The notes: generated by a model not told the origin, from the sequence alone. Positions 1-13,000 are shown, numbered from the stretch's first letter. The stretch: 64,000 nt of DNA from Macrostomum lignano (GCA_002269645.1 NIVC01002162.1:124001-188000); one strand, 5' to 3'. Numbers and translations: made by a program.

Positions 1-838
1 GCTGCTCAGCAGGCAAACTGACAGCTATTTCGGCATCGTTAAGATCGACTGGAACCGGTAAATTTAACTGGGCCCTACGCGGCTGCTGCACATCAGCAGG
101 CGACTGGCCACTACGCGAAGATACAGCGGAGGAGGCGCCAGTGGATGACGGCGTGCTGCGCCTGCGGAGCCGTTCAGTTTTTAGCGCGATTCGAATCGCT
201 TCGGTGGACACGGATCTCTTTCTAGTTGCATCGTCAGACTCGGCAAGACTTTCAATATCAGCATCGTCTAGTTCGTTAGCTTCGCCTTTATCATTATCGT
301 CAAAGAGTATTGAATTGTGCTCTTCAATTACCTCTTCTTCTTCTTCTTCTCCGGCCATGGTTTCAATAAACTCTTCAGGATCTGGCTCCTCCGGTTGATC
401 AGCATTATCATTGCCATCCCCAAGGCTTGGCGGATCAATATAATCAACCGGCGGTTTAGCCTGAACAATGCGAATGAAATCGTTAGATACTGAACACTTG
501 CCAATTGGAGCTGGTACGCGTTCGATAATAGCCTGCTGCGAGTGGAAGATGTACTGCGAACTATCGGCAGAATCATCGCCCTCTGGCAGAGGCAGGGAGC
601 GCAATTCGTTAAGTAACCGTCTGGTTAATTCGCCAATAGACAGCAGGATGTGATTGTCTCTATAGGCCGACACGATATCGGCAAATATGTCCAGCTGAGG
701 CCGGCAATTCTTCTCTAGGCGATTGAGAAATGCAGCATTGCGCATAGTAGATTGTAATACTTTCTCCGATCGGTCTACTCCAAAGAGAAAGTCTAGGCAT
801 TCGCGCATTATGCGCATCGCGTCTTTTCTAGTTGCCAT
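1..838 (-). CDS. Unknown protein with acidic central region, running off the left edge of the window
   Basis: Manual translation from ATG at 838 (MATRKDAMRIMRECLDFLFG...EEEEEEVIEEH...SLPAEQ) is open to base 1. It is missing from the ORF track because no stop lies in the window. No family recognised. Confidence 0.65.
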   Translation of the reverse strand, partial: MATRKDAMRIMRECLDFLFGVDRSEKVLQSTMRNAAFLNRLEKNCRPQLDIFADIVSAYRDNHILLSIGELTRRLLNELRSLPLPEGDDSADSSQYIFHSQQAIIERVPAPIGKCSVSNDFIRIVQAKPPVDYIDPPSLGDGNDNADQPEEPDPEEFIETMAGEEEEEEVIEEHNSILFDDNDKGEANELDDADIESLAESDDATRKRSVSTEAIRIALKTERLRRRSTPSSTGASSAVSSRSGQSPADVQQPRRAQLNLPVPVDLNDAEIAVSLPAEQ

Positions 839-1239
839 GTCCGGTTTGGTTTGCTAGGCATCGGGTGAATTCGAAAATGAGCATGTTTTTCTACTATTAA
901 CACAGTAAATATAGCATACTAGTGTAAATTAGTTGAAATGCAATTAAAGCAGTGTATGACGATGGACAGTATAACACTGATTAAAAATCAAGTTAGACAT
1001 TGGGCAGTCGAATTGGACATCAGTGTCTAAACTCATGCATTTTGTGGCCTTCTACTTCCTTATCAAGTGTCTGTGTGTGTGCGGCATATCACAGAAAGGG
1101 CCATGGACAACCGGATTCGCCAGTACCCAAGGACTACCAGTGAAAAAAGAGAGCTGATCATCTTGGCTTGTCCTTTGAAGTTTCTTTTGCCTGTTAGCGA
1201 AATAAATGTTTCATCAACAGCAAGAAAATTGTCAGAATG

Positions 1240-1980
1240 GACTGTCATATGTCTAACTTGATTTTCAATCAGTGTAATTTTGTCTATGGCCCTACCTAAC
1301 TTGATTTCCAATCAGTGTAATCTTGTCTATGGCCATGCCTAACTTGATTTCTAACCAGTGTAATCTTGTCTATGGCCATGCCTAACTTGATTTCTAACCA
1401 GTGTAATCTTGTCTATGGCCATGCCTAACTTGATTTCTAACCAGTGTAATCTTGTCTATGGCCATGCCTAACTTGATTTCTAACCAGTGTAATCGTGTCT
1501 ATGGCCATGTCTAACTTGATTTCCAATCAGTGTAATTTTGTCTATGGCCATGCCTAACTTGATTTCCAATCAGTGTAATTTTGTTTATGGCCATGTCTAA
1601 CTTGATTTCCAATCAGTGTAATATTGTCTATGGCCATGCCTAACTTGATTTACAATCAGTGTAATTTTGTTATGGCCATGCCTAACTTACAATCAGTGTA
1701 ATTTTGTCTATGGCCATGTCTAACTTGATTTCCAATCAGTGTAATTTTGTCTATGGCCATGCCTACTTAATTTTCAATCAGTGTAATATTGTCTATGGCC
1801 ATAGTCTAATTTGATTTCTAATCTGTGTAATCTTGTCTATGGCCATGCCTAACTTGATTTACAATCAGTGTAATTTTGTCTATGGCCATGCCTACTTAAT
1901 TTTCAATCAGTGTAATCTTGTCTATGGCCATAGTCTAACTTGATTACTAACCAGTGTAATTTTGTCCATGGCCATGCCTA
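1240..1980. repeat. 43-44 bp minisatellite, ~17 copies
   Basis: Unit CCTAACTTGATTTCCAATCAGTGTAATTTTGTCTATGGCCATG; a diverged inverted copy lies at 961-1009. Confidence 0.95.
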
Positions 1981-2584
1981 GCATCCATCAGATTTCACGA
2001 GCAGTGCAACAACATACTTCTAAAAGTTACCCGTCATGGGTGCAAGTCTTATGACAAGCCCAAAGGTAGAACTTTTGTACATGTGACCCAAACTAATGTT
2101 ACTTAACATTCTACAATAATAAATAATAATAATAATAGAAAAGTTTAAAAACAACTCGGAGCAAGAAGGGCGAAATTGTATTGTGTATTTATAGGTTGAA
2201 AAAATAAAACGCATACAGTAACTTACAATAATCATAAATAGAACAAGTACAACTAAAAGTTTTTTTCTACGTATATAAAAAACGATAAAAGAAGAAAATG
2301 CGTAAAGCAAGTGAAAAAAGAATTTACTACTGGGTACGAAAAAAACTAAGGCTACGAAAGAGAAACTAGAAACGCAATACCAGTATCAATACGGGTAAGA
2401 ATGGAGGTGTTCGAATAAATTGAAGATTTCAAGTAGCTACTAACAAATTTATCTATAACGAGATTATCTCAATCAAACAGCGAACCAGGCTTTTTAAAGC
2501 GCAAATACATAAAAAGTACTCTTAGCAATAGTGATACATAAAAACTACAGTACACAGATTACTTATTAAATGGTGGTTTGACGC

Positions 2585-5500
2585 TAATGATCAGGGAGGC
2601 TGGTTGGCAGTAATAGTTGAGGATCAGGGAGGCTGGTTGGCAGTCATAGATGAGGATCAGGGAGGCTGGTTGGCAGTCATAGATGAGGATCAGGGAGGCT
2701 GGTTGGCAGCCATAGTTGAGGATCAGGGAGGCTGGTTGGCAGTAATAGTTGAGGATCAGGGAGGTTGGTTGGCAGTAATAGTTGAGGATCAGGGAGGCTG
2801 GTTGGCAGTCATAGATGAGGATCAGGGAGGCTGGTTGGCAGTAATAGTTGAGGATCAGGGAGGCTGGTTGGCAGTCATAGATGAGGATCAGGGAGGCTGG
2901 TTGGCAGCCATAGATGAGGATCAGGGAGGCTGGTTGGCAGTAATAGTTGAGGATCAGGGAGGCTGGTTGGCAGTAATAGTTGAGGATCAGGGAGGCTGGT
3001 TGGCAGTAATAGTTGAGGATCAGGGAGGCTGGTTGGCAGTAATAGTTGAGGATCAGGGAGGCTGGTTGGCAGTAATAGTTGAGGATCAGGGAGGCTGGTT
3101 GGCAGTAATAGTTGAGGATCAGGGAGGCTGGTTGGCAGCCATAGATGAGGATCAGGGAGGCTGGTTGGCAGTAATAGTTGAGGATCAGGGAGGCTGGTTG
3201 GCAGCCATAGATGAGGATCAGGGAGGCTGGTTGGCAGTCATAGGTGAGGGTCAGGGAGGCTGTTTGGTAGTCATAGGTGAGGGTCAGGAAGGCTGTTTGG
3301 TAGTCATAGGTGAGGGTCAGGGAGGCTGGTTGGCAGTCATAGATGAGGATCAGGGAGGCTGGTTGGCAGTCATAGATGAGGATCAGGGAGGTTGGTTGGC
3401 AGTCATAGATGAGGATCAGGGAGGCTGGTTGGCAGTCATAGGTGAGGGTCAGGGAGGCTGGTTGGCAGTCATAGTTGAGGATCAGGGAGGCTGGTTGGCA
3501 GTCATAGATGAGGATCAGGGAGGTTGGTTGGCAGTCATAGATGAGGATCAGGGAGGCTGGTTGGCAGTCATAGATGAGGATCAGGGAGGCTGGTTGGCAG
3601 TCATAGATGAGGATCAGGGAGGTTGGTTGGCAGTCATAGATGAGGATCAGGGAGGCTGGTTGGCAGCCATAGATGAGGATCAGGGAGGCTGGTTGGCAGT
3701 CATAGATGAGGATCAGGGAGGCTGGTTGGCAGCCATAGTTGAGGATCAGGGAGGCTGGTTGGCAGCCATAGATGAGGATCAGGGAGGCTGGTTGGCAGTC
3801 ATAGATGAGGATCAGGGAGGCTGGTTGGCAGTCATAGATGAGGATCAGGGAGGCTGGTTGGCAGTCATAGATGAGGATCAGGGAGGCTGGTTGGCAGTCA
3901 TAGGTGAGGGTCAGGGAGGCTGGTTGGCAGTCATAGTTGAGGATCAGGGAGGCTGGTTGTCAGTCATAGATGAGGATCAGGGAGGTTGGTTGGCAGTCAT
4001 AGATGAGGATCAGGGAGGCTGGTTGGCAGCCATAGATGAGGATCAGGGAGGCTGGTTGGCAGTCATAGATGAGGATCAGGGAGGCTGGTTGGCAGTCATA
4101 GATGAGGATCAGGGAGGTTGGTTGGCAGTCATAGATGAGGATCAGGGAGGCTGGTTGGCAGCCATAGATGAGGATCAGGGAGGCTGGTTGGCAGTAATAG
4201 TTGAGGATCAGGGAGGCTGGTTGGCAGCCATAGATGAGGATCAGGGAGGCTGGTTGGCAGTCATAGGTGAGGGTCAGGGAGGCTGTTTGGTAGTCATAGG
4301 TGAGGGTCAGGAAGGCTGTTTGGTAGTCATAGGTGAGGGTCAGGGAGGCTGGTTGGCAGTCATAGATGAGGATCAGGGAGGCTGGTTGGCAGTCATAGAT
4401 GAGGATCAGGGAGGTTGGTTGGCAGTCATAGATGAGGATCAGGGAGGCTGGTTGGCAGTCATAGGTGAGGGTCAGGGAGGCTGGTTGGCAGTCATAGTTG
4501 AGGATCAGGGAGGCTGGTTGGCAGTCATAGATGAGGATCAGGGAGGTTGGTTGGCAGTCATAGATGAGGATCAGGGAGGCTGGTTGGCAGTCATAGATGA
4601 GGATCAGGGAGGCTGGTTGGCAGTCATAGATGAGGATCAGGGAGGTTGGTTGGCAGTCATAGATGAGGATCAGGGAGGCTGGTTGGCAGCCATAGATGAG
4701 GATCAGGGAGGCTGGTTGGCAGTCATAGATGAGGATCAGGGAGGCTGGTTGGCAGCCATAGATGAGGATCAGGGAGGCTGGTTGGCAGCCATAGATGAGG
4801 ATCAGGGAGGCTGGTTGGCAGTCATAGATGAGGATCAGGGAGGTTGGTTGGCAGTCATAGATGAGGATCAGGGAGGCTGGTTGGCAGCCATAGATGAGGA
4901 TCAGGGAGGCTGGTTGGCAGTCATAGATGAGGATCAGGGAGGCTGGTTGGCAGTCATAGATGAGGATCAGGGAGGCTGGTTGGCAGTCATAGATGAGGAT
5001 CAGGGAGGTTGGTTGGCAGTCATAGATGAGGATCAGGGAGGCTGGTTGGCAGTCATAGATGAGGATCAGGGAGGCTGGTTGGCAGTCATAGGTGAGGGTC
5101 AGGGAGGCTGGTTGGCAGTCATAGTTGAGGATCAGGGAGGCTGGTTGGCAGTCATAGATGAGGATCAGGGAGGTTGGTTGGCAGTCATAGATGAGGATCA
5201 GGGAGGCTGGTTGGCAGTCATAGATGAGGATCAGGGAGGCTGGTTGGCAGTCATAGATGAGGATCAGGGAGGTTGGTTGGCAGTCATAGATGAGGATCAG
5301 GGAGGCTGGTTGGCAGCCATAGATGAGGATCAGGGAGGCTGGTTGGCAGTCATAGATGAGGATCAGGGAGGCTGGTTGGCAGCCATAGTTGAGGATCAGG
5401 GAGGCTGGTTGGCAGCCATAGATGAGGATCAGGGAGGCTGGTTGGCAGTCATAGATGAGGATCAGGGAGGCTGGTTGGCAGTCATAGATGAGGATCAGGG

Positions 5501-6015
5501 AGGCTGGTTGGCAGTCATAGATGAGGATCAGGGAGGCTGGTTGGCAGTCATAGGTGAGGGTCAGGGAGGCTGGTTGGCAGTCATAGTTGAGGATCAGGGA
5601 GGCTGGTTGTCAGTCATAGATGAGGATCAGGGAGGTTGGTTGGCAGTCATAGATGAGGATCAGGGAGGCTGGTTGGCAGCCATAGATGAGGATCAGGGAG
5701 GCTGGTTGGCAGTCATAGATGAGGATCAGGGAGGCTGGTTGGCAGTCATAGATGAGGATCAGGGAGGTTGGTTGGCAGTCATAGATGAGGATCAGGGAGG
5801 CTGGTTGGCAGCCATAGATGAGGATCAGGGAGGCTGGTTGGCAGCCATAGATGAGGATCAGGGAGGCTGGTTGGCAGCCATAGTTGAGGATCAGGGAGGC
5901 TGGTTGGCAGCCATAGATGAGGATCAGGGAGGCTGGTTGGCAGTCATAGATGAGGATCAGGGAGGCTGGTTGGCAGTCATAGATGAGGATCAGGGAGGGT
6001 GGCTAGTAGTCATAG
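2585..6015. repeat. 33-bp minisatellite, ~104 copies
   Basis: Unit GATGAGGATCAGGGAGGCTGGTTGGCAGTCATA; it produces the artefactual 1146-aa VIDEDQGGWLA ORF. Confidence 0.98.
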
Positions 6016-6064
6016 TTTTTCAGCGGAGGCAGAAGATGAAATGATCGGATTCCAGATGCCAATC

Positions 6065-6778
6065 TCACTCAAAGGTAATCGTGGAGTAATTAGTAAAGCA
6101 AGCAAACTCGTTGCTAAGCCGATTAGCGTGACCTGGCTTGAATTGCCTCCTGCTTGCGTTCAAATATTTGGCAGCCAGATCCTCTTGCACCGCACCAGTG
6201 CACAGGATTAATCTGCCGCTATTACTGCAAATCAACCGCTGTATAGAGAAAGCAGTGGAACGAAGACATTCTTCGGATAGAAACGGCGGATCGGCAATCA
6301 CTAAGCTACACTTGCCCAACAGATTAGCTGGCAATTTTTCCGGCTCTCGAAAATCGTAACGATGAAAATTAAATCTAGACTGATAGCTGTCATCCCAGCT
6401 AGCAAATCTAGTATCAAACTCGAGCAGGTGCAAATTATCAACCGACTGTTGCTTATTTAGTCGCAATTTTCGCACGTGCAAATACAACGTCGGGCAGGAG
6501 ACGAAAGCAACAATTACTTCGCTAGGAGAATTGCGATTTTGTTCCCGACAGCAAGCTTCTACTTCGGTTGCAAGAGTTTCGCAAGTGGCTTCATTGTACC
6601 AAAACTGGGATAGATTCCAATCTTCGGCAGGTTGAACGCTAGCAGACTTCTCTTGCTGGTGCTGGTCAGTGTAAAACTCTTCAAGTGCGGCCAGTGCGTG
6701 AGCCGATAACTGCGGCACATCGTCATCGCTGTCCTCAACAGTCTCATTAGCCAGCATCTCCAATGCTTTGCTAGACAT
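6065..6778 (-). CDS. EEF1AKMT1: EEF1A lysine methyltransferase 1 (N6AMT2/Efm5 family), intronless, 237 aa
   Basis: Motifs QLSAHALAAL, EDWNLSQFWY, SCPTLY, LLEFDTRF, ADPPFLSEEC, LILCTG, NEFACFTNY. Confidence 0.93.
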   Translation of the reverse strand: MSSKALEMLANETVEDSDDDVPQLSAHALAALEEFYTDQHQQEKSASVQPAEDWNLSQFWYNEATCETLATEVEACCREQNRNSPSEVIVAFVSCPTLYLHVRKLRLNKQQSVDNLHLLEFDTRFASWDDSYQSRFNFHRYDFREPEKLPANLLGKCSLVIADPPFLSEECLRSTAFSIQRLICSNSGRLILCTGAVQEDLAAKYLNASRRQFKPGHANRLSNEFACFTNYSTITFE

Positions 6779-6939
6779 TATTGATTATTTTCAAATTTTA
6801 TATGTCCTCTAAATATATTCTTCTACAGTTTTTAGTGCTGCAACTTAACAGACGAGTCGTCATGAATAAATAATAATAATAAAACCATATTAACATTGAA
6901 TCGAGGACTAGACGATTGTCAACATAAAAACCACTTGAC

Positions 6940-7675
6940 AAATGGAGGACTGGGCGATCACCAGATGGAGGACTGGGCGATCACCAGATGGAGGACTGGG
7001 CTATCATCAGATTGAGGACTGGGCGATCACCAAATGGAGGACTGGGCGATCACCAGATTGAGGACTGGGCGATCACCAAATGGAGGACTGGGCGATCACC
7101 AAATGGAGGACTGGGCGATCACCAAATGGAGGACTGGGCGATCACCAGATTGAGGACTGGGCGATCACCAAATGGAGGACTGGGCGATCACCAGATTGAG
7201 GACTGGGCGATCACCAGATTGAGGACTGGGCGATCACCAAATGGAGGACTGGGCGATCACCAGATTGAGGACTGGGCGATCACCAGATTGAGGACTGGGC
7301 GATCACCAAATGGAGGACTGGGCGATCACCAGATTGAGGACTGGGCGATCACCAGATTGAGGACTGGGCGATCATCAAATGGAGGACTGGGCGATCACCA
7401 GATTGAGGACTGGGCGATCACCAGATTGAGGACTGGGCGATCACCAGATGGAGGACTGGGCGATTACCAAATGGAGGACTGGGCGATCACCAAATGGAGG
7501 ACTGGGCGATCACCAAATGGAGGACTGGGCGATTACCAAATGGAGGACTGGGCGATCACCAAATGGAGGACTGGGCGATCACCAAATGGAGGACTGGGCG
7601 ATTACCAAATGGAGGACTGGGCGATCACCAAATGGAGGACTGGGCGATCACCAAATGGAGGACTGGGCGATCACT
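6940..7675. repeat. 23-bp minisatellite, ~32 copies
   Basis: Unit GAGGACTGGGCGATCACCAAATG, with CAGATT variants. Confidence 0.97.
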
Positions 7676-8044
7676 AGATAATTGTCTTTTTATGTTACTA
7701 ATGTTAATTAGCAATGTGAAGATCATGTGATTATTATCTGGAGCATTAGGTTATTACCAATTTTAAGAACCATAATAACCAACCACTAAAGTTTACTATC
7801 ACATACTAAATATCTAAGAGTCTAATACTAAAGCTATTAACTGTTCTGTTGATACATTTTTTATTCAATATGTTTTAAGAAATAAAATAAGTCGTTAAAT
7901 TAAATAAATTTTTACAACACTACACATTGGATCGAACATACTCGTATATTTACAAGCTAAAAAAAGTATAAAATGCACAATAGTTCCAGTAAATTTTTCA
8001 AGTTTATGAAAGAGATACTCTGCACTCAATAGGAAAAAAGGCAA

Positions 8045-8521
8045 TTACAACTTGGTCAAAGCCAGCTGTAACGCCTGTCTGGCAGATTCCACAGTCAGTC
8101 CAGCTGAAGCGGCCACCCTCAATAGTTTATCTTTTGACTTGGCGCCCGACTGCAAATCAACATCTGACCGACGGCAGCCGAGCATCTCGGCCAGATGTTC
8201 AACAACAGCCGCATTGGCCTGACCATCAACTGGCGGAGCGGTAATGCTTAATCCGATGCTATCACTGTCAAGTTCAGTCAGCTGACTGATTTTAGCCCCG
8301 GGTCGAACGTGCACAGAGATTAATAAATCGCTAGATTTCGGGCACAGACGAATTGCTGAGCCGCAATCTGCTGTTGTCTGCTGCTTTTGCTGTTGCTCAT
8401 TTTGTTGCTTCTTAGAAGTTGTTGATTTCTGCTTGGAGCTGCTAGTAATGGGCATTGGAGATTTGAATAAGCCGAGCCCTTTTAGATGAACACGAACAGG
8501 TGAGCTAAATAGTCGGTTCAT
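8045..8521 (-). CDS. DUF167/UPF0235 (YggU, C15orf40-like) protein, intronless
   Basis: ISVHVRPGAK...IGLSITAPPVDGQANAAVVEHLAEMLG...SDVDLQSGAKSKDK matches the DUF167 pattern. The start could be ATG 8521 or the downstream MPITSS. Confidence 0.88.
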   Translation of the reverse strand: MNRLFSSPVRVHLKGLGLFKSPMPITSSSKQKSTTSKKQQNEQQQKQQTTADCGSAIRLCPKSSDLLISVHVRPGAKISQLTELDSDSIGLSITAPPVDGQANAAVVEHLAEMLGCRRSDVDLQSGAKSKDKLLRVAASAGLTVESARQALQLALTKL

Positions 8522-8689
8522 GAACGAGTTTTTGTTGTTTAAAGTGCATGTAACCTACTGTAAGTAATATGCTTGATTATTATAAAACTTTTTTGGCTAC
8601 AAAAGGAATGAAGGCCGATTCATAATTTCTTTAAAGGGTAACTTAGCATTTGAAACGGGTTTGATTGGCCCGAAGAATAATTTTGAGGG

Positions 8690-9500
8690 TTTAAAGTGTG
8701 ATTTCGAAGATTTGAGGATTTGACGTGTCATGCTGAGGATTTGTAATGGGATTTTGAGGAATTTAAGTGTGATTTTGAGGAATTAAAGTGTGATTTTGAG
8801 GATTTGTCATGTGATTTTGAGGAATTAAATTGTGATTTCGAAGATTTGAGGATTTGACGTGTCATATTGAGGATTTGTAATGGGATTTTGAGAATTTGAA
8901 GTGTGATTTTGAGGATTTGAAGTGTGATTTTGAGGATTTGTAGTGTGATTTTGAGGATTTGAAGTGTGATTTTGAGGATTTGTAGTGTGATTTTGAGGAA
9001 TTAAATTGTGATTTTGAGGAATTAAATTGTGATTTCGAGGAATTAAATTGTGATTTTGAGGAATTAAATTGTGATTTCGAGGAATTAAATTGTGATTTTG
9101 AGGAATTAAATTGTGATTTCGAGGAATTAAATTGTGATTTCGAGGAATTAAATTGTGATTTTGAGGATTTGTAGTGTGATTTTGAGGAATTGAAGTGTGA
9201 TTTTGAGGAATTGAAGTGTGATTTTGAGGAATTGAAGTGTGATTTTGAGGAATTGAAGTGTGATTTTGAGGAATTGAAGTGTGATTTTGAGGAATTGAAG
9301 TGTGATTTTGAGGAATTGAAGTGTGATTTTGAGGAATTGAAGTGTGATTTTGAGGAATTGAAGTGTGATTTCGAGGAATTGAAGTGTGATTTTGAGGAAT
9401 TAAAGTGTGATTTCGAGGAATTGAAGTGTGATTTCGAGGATTTGTAGTGTGATTTTGAGGAATTGAAGTGTGATTTCGAGGATTTTTGGTGTGATTTTGC
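8690..9500. repeat. 21-bp minisatellite
   Basis: Unit GTGTGATTTTGAGGAATTGAA, with degenerate flanking units. Confidence 0.95.
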
Positions 9501-10483
9501 GAAGAAACGGAATGCAAATACGAGGCTAAACAACCCTAATTAAACAACAAAAAACCAGACATAAAAACCGATCAAATAAAGAATTGGAGTCAGACAGAAC
9601 AATACACAACAAAATACCAAATAAAGTTGACGCCCCACATTGAGCGTTGAAAAATTTATTGAATAGACGCCAATACACCGCAGTTAACCCATTTTACATT
9701 TAAGCCGTAAATTCCACGTAAGAGTGTTATTTTATATAACATTTTAATAATTTATATAGTTTATTTTATATACAAAAATAACCGACATATAGAGTAGTGT
9801 ATATGGTACAATTAAATAACCAGATTTCAAACATCTAAAGGCTTGCACCAGAGCGGCAATAAACTAAAATCTGTAGTTGTGATGGGCAAATTTCACTCGC
9901 TTGTCATGATTATATTCAGTTCCTAATCATATATACTACTATAGCATTCAACAGTAGTATAATATGGATTTGCTAAACTGATCTTGGTCAAGATAAAAGA
10001 ATCTGATAATTGTAACGAGACATTTTTTGTATTATGAGAAAAATTATTAATTACAGATTATGCCGTTAACAGGTTTTTTGCAACATAATTTAGAGGGAAA
10101 GAAGTTAGCAAAACATATAAATTAATCTTGGCAAACACCATTCAGACAGATGGAAGACAAGGTTAGTGTGGCCAAACTTTTATTCAACATTGCTTAACAT
10201 CATATAACTTGTGACACCAACCAAAAAGAACTATTGTGAATTGTCGAAATTTAAACTAATAAGCTTTACTTACTACTGACCAATAAAAACAACGGTTGTT
10301 ACACAAAAAGCGACAACAAGGGCAGAGAGGCAAACACAGTGCTAGTGAGGTGTTATTAAGGCACAATTATTTTTAATTGACTTAAAAAATACCGAGGAAA
10401 ATAAAGAATATAATTTGGAACTTTCTATAGACTTTTAAAGCAAAAATTCTACTTGGTCAATTAACTTTAAATTTAATGGAAAA

Positions 10484-10560
10484 AAATTCGGCCCCGTGCA
10501 CGATTCGAACCCGGTACCTTTCACGCAACAGACGGCAACGCTAAGCAACGGCCTAATTTT
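10484..10560 (-). mobile_element. tRNA-like SINE head or tRNA pseudogene
   Basis: Minus strand reads ...GGTACCGGGTTCGAATCGTGCACGGGGCCGAATTTTTT: a B-box followed by a T-run, without a convincing cloverleaf. Confidence 0.5.
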
Positions 10561-10984
10561 GCTTACAAGTCTAAAAATAGAATCCATATAATGAGTCACA
10601 GCCGGCTTCTATAAGCGTACGTTAGCTAACACAGCGGCAAGAACAGTCGAATCAATAAATAGATTTCCAAGAAACATATATAATGTTCGGGCAGCTCAAG
10701 ATATATCTGGAGAGCCCGGCAGCAGGGAAAAAGAAATTGTACAACAAAAACAAGCATTCAATTTAAATGAAGTACAAGATACTTAAAAATACATTACAGA
10801 AGAGACAGAAGTCTGGTTTAGAATATACCCGAAGCCAGAAATTTTGAGCTGCAAAATTACACCGCAAAAACCATTTACTACTACTGAGAGGCATAGAGAG
10901 AGAATCTTGCATTTGGTTGACTAAAATTATTAATAAGACAAAGTAGTAATCAAATATAATTTTTATCACTTCGGAACATTAGCG

Positions 10985-12930
10985 CTGCAAAATCTCACTG
11001 ATCTAATAGAGATTGGCGCCAAAAAATCTCACTGATCTAATAGAGATTGACACTACAAAATCTCATTGATCTAATAGAGATTGGCGCCACAAAATCTCAC
11101 TGATCTAATAGAGATTGGCACTACAAAATCTCATTGATCTAATAGAGATTGGCGCTACAAAATCTCACTGATCTAATAGAGATTGACACTACAAAATCTC
11201 ATTGATCTAATAGAGATTGACACTACAAAATCTCATTGATCTAATAGAGATTGGCGCTACAAAATCTCACTGATCTAATAGAGATTGGCGCCACAAAATC
11301 TCACTGATCTAATAGAGATTGGCGCCACAAAATCTCACTGATCTAATAGAGATTGACACTATAGAATCTCACTGATCTAATAGAGATTAACGCCACAAAA
11401 TCTCACTGATCTAATAGAGATTGACACTATAGAATCTCACTGATCTAATAGAGATTGGCGCCACAAAATCTCACTGATCTAATAGAGATTGGCGCCACAA
11501 AATCTCACTGATCTAATAGAGATTGGCGCTATAAAATCTCACGGATCTAAAAGAGATTGGCGCCACAAAATCTCACTGATCTAATAGAGATTGGCGCTAC
11601 AAAATCTCACGGATCTAATAGAGATTGGCGCTATAAAATCTCACTGATCTAATAGAGATTGGCGCTATAAAATCTCACTGATCTAATAGAGATTGGCGCT
11701 ATAAAATCTCACTGATCTAATAGAGATTGGCGCTACAAAATCTCACTGATCTAATAGAGATTGGCGCTATAAAATCTCATTGATCTAATAGAGATTGACA
11801 CTACAAAATCTCATTGATCTAATAGAGATTGGCGCTACAAAATCTCACTGATCTAATAGAGATTGGCGCTATAAAATCTCACTGATCTAATAGAGATTGG
11901 CGCTACAAAATCTCACTGATCTAATAGAGATTGGCGCCACAAAATCTCACTGATCTAATAGAGATTGGCGCTATAAAATCTCACTGATCTAATAGAGATT
12001 GGCGCCACAAAATCTCACTGATCTAATAGAGATTGGCGCTACAAAATCTCACGGATCTAATAGAGATTGGCGCTATAAAATCTCACTGATCTAATAGAGA
12101 TTGACACTACAAAATCTCATTGATCTAATAGAGATTGACACTACAAAATCTCATTGATCTAATAGAGATTGGCGCTACAAAATCTCACTGATCTAATAGA
12201 GATTGGCGCCACAAAATCTCACTGATCTAATAGAGATTGGCGCCACAAAATCTCACTGATCTAATAGAGATTGACACTATAGAATCTCATTGATCTAATA
12301 GAGATTGGCGCTATAAAATCTCACTGATCTAATAGAGATTGGCGCTATAAAATCTCACTGATCTAATAGAGATTGGCGCTATAAAATCTCACTGATCTAA
12401 TAGAGATTGGCGCTACAAAATCTCACTGATCTAATAGAGATTGGCGCCACAAAATCTCACTGATCTAATAGAGATTGGCGCTATAAAATCTCACTGATCT
12501 AATAGAGATTGGCGCCACAAAATCTCACTGATCTAATAGAGATTGGCGCCACAAAATCTCACTGATCTAATAGAGATTGGCGCTACAAAATCTCACGGAT
12601 CTAATAGAGATTGGCGCTATAAAATCTCACTGATCTAATAGAGATTGGCGCTACAAAATCTCACTGATCTAATAGAGATTGGCGCTATAAAATCTCACTG
12701 ATCTAATAGAGATTGGCGCCACAAAATCTCACTGATCTAATAGAGATTGACACTATAGAATCTCACTGATCTAATAGAGATTGGCGCCACAAAATCTCAC
12801 TGATCTAATAGAGATTGGCGCTATAAAATCTCACTGATCTAATAGAGATTGGCGCTATAAAATCTCACTGATCTAATAGAGATTGACACTATAAAATCTC
12901 ACTGATCTAATAGAAATTGGCGCCACAAAA
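10985..12930. repeat. 34-bp minisatellite with internal hairpin, ~57 copies
   Basis: Unit AAAATCTCACTGATCTAATAGAGATTGGCGCCAC; AATCTC and GAGATT form a stem around a 12-nt loop. Confidence 0.97.
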
Positions 12931-13000
12931 AACTAACTCAATATAGTTTAGTCGCAAGCATCTACAGAAAAAGTGCACATCTTACAATCTAGTCAGTTCG

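Noticed and set aside
141-653. Short plus- and minus-strand ORFs listed at 141-653
   Set aside because: They are shadows of the longer minus-strand ORF that starts at 838.
2604-6044. 1146-aa VIDEDQGGWLA repeat protein
   Set aside because: It is the stop-free frame of a 33-bp minisatellite. The ORF starts at TTG rather than ATG, has no unique domain, and is antisense and adjacent to the EEF1AKMT1 3' end.
6988-9533. Repeat-derived ORFs (EDWAIT..., QNHTSIP..., SKSHFNS..., KCDFEEL...)
   Set aside because: Translations of 23-bp and 21-bp tandem arrays in several frames.
10985-12930. CRISPR-like array of hairpin repeats
   Set aside because: The units are contiguous with no unique spacers, there are no cas genes, and the context is eukaryotic.
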